Of a DNA stretch of 64,000 bases, positions 63,275 to 64,000 are shown in pieces. The notes under the pieces were generated by a model. The model was not told where the DNA came from. It worked only from the letters and a program-made list of their open reading frames with translations, and made no database searches. Origin of the DNA: Mobula hypostoma (lineage: Eukaryota); assembly GCF_963921235.1 (NCBI RefSeq), contig NC_086097.1, positions 124,374,001-124,438,000 on the forward strand, in the 5' to 3' direction. Numbering within the stretch: position 1 is the stretch's first letter; every line of letters starts with the position of its first letter. The position numbers were made by a program, and so were the translations under genes.

Positions 63275-63807
63275 ATGATCATCAGAAGCAGAGTCGGGTT
63301 TAATATCATTGGCATATGTCATGAAATTTGTTAACTTAGCAGCAACAGTGCAACACAATACATGATAATAGAGAGAAAAAGAGAAAACTGTGACGTAGTT
63401 ACAGGAAAGTAGGACAAAAAAAAGGAAATTAAAAAAATGTAGTGAGGTAGTGTTCACGGGTTCAATGTCCATTTAGAAATCGGATGGCAGAGGGAAGAAG
63501 CTGTTCCTGAATCGCTGAGTGTGTGCCTTCAGGCTTCTGTACCTCCTTCCTGATGGTAACAATGAGAAGAGGGCATGTCCTGGGTGATGGGGGTCCTTAA
63601 TGATGGATGTTACCTTTCTGGGGCACCGCTCCTTGAAGATGTCCTGGATACTATGGAGGCTAGCGCCTATGATGGAGCTGGCTAATTTTACAACTCTCTG
63701 CAGCTTACTTCAATCCTGTGCAGTCGCCTCGTCCCATACCAGATGGTGATGCTTGTTAAAATGCTCTCCATGGTACATCCACAGAAAATTCTGAGTGTTT
63801 TTGGTGA
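63275..63807 (-). mobile_element. Rex1-like 3' fragment, interrupted by a young CR1
   Basis: Same family as 42720-43115. Confidence 0.8.
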
Positions 63808-64000
63808 CATAGAAACATAGAAACATAGAAAATAGGTGCAGGAGTAGGCCATTCGGCCCTTCGAGCCTGCACCGCCATTCAGTATGATCATGGCTGATCA
63901 TCCAACTCAGAACCCTGTACCTGCCTTCCCTCCATACCCCCTGATCCCTTTAGCCACTAGGGCCATATCTAACTCCCTCTTAAATACAGCCAATGAACTG
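63808..64000 (-). mobile_element. Young CR1 3' end (continues beyond the window)
   Basis: (TTTCTATG)n tail; near-identical to 31945-32130. Confidence 0.9.

Overview
This is vertebrate (eukaryotic) genomic DNA, not prokaryotic. The repeat families (HER1/CR1 LINEs, HE1-like V-SINEs, Penelope pLTRs, Rex-Babar) point to a cartilaginous fish, probably a ray or skate. Most of the window is decayed and nested transposable elements, and nearly all listed ORFs are TE fragments or spurious. The one host gene I can support is the 3' end of an SNX31-like sorting nexin on the minus strand. It has four phase-0 coding exons (60671-60766, 44686-44760, 36257-36316, 28713-28811) with canonical splice sites, three of which the ORF track misses, plus a candidate 3' UTR and poly(A) signal. 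The larger TEs are two Gypsy LTR retrotransposons (one heavily nested), a solo LTR, two divergent HERO-clade (RLE) non-LTR retrotransposons, CR1, L1, RTE, Rex-Babar, hAT-Charlie, Tc1 and mariner derivatives. The most interesting signal is in the 3' UTR of both HERO elements: a hammerhead-ribozyme core whose strands occur in a non-circularly permuted (pseudoknotted) order, with compensatory base changes between the two copies. Both copies have AAAA in place of the catalytic GAAA, consistent with CpG decay, so they are probably inactive fossils. Many Penelope pLTR fragments also carry minimal type I hammerheads, one of them intact in a 146-bp insertion with a perfect 13-bp TSD. All family assignments come from motif recognition by eye; no searches were run, and boundaries of decayed repeats are approximate.
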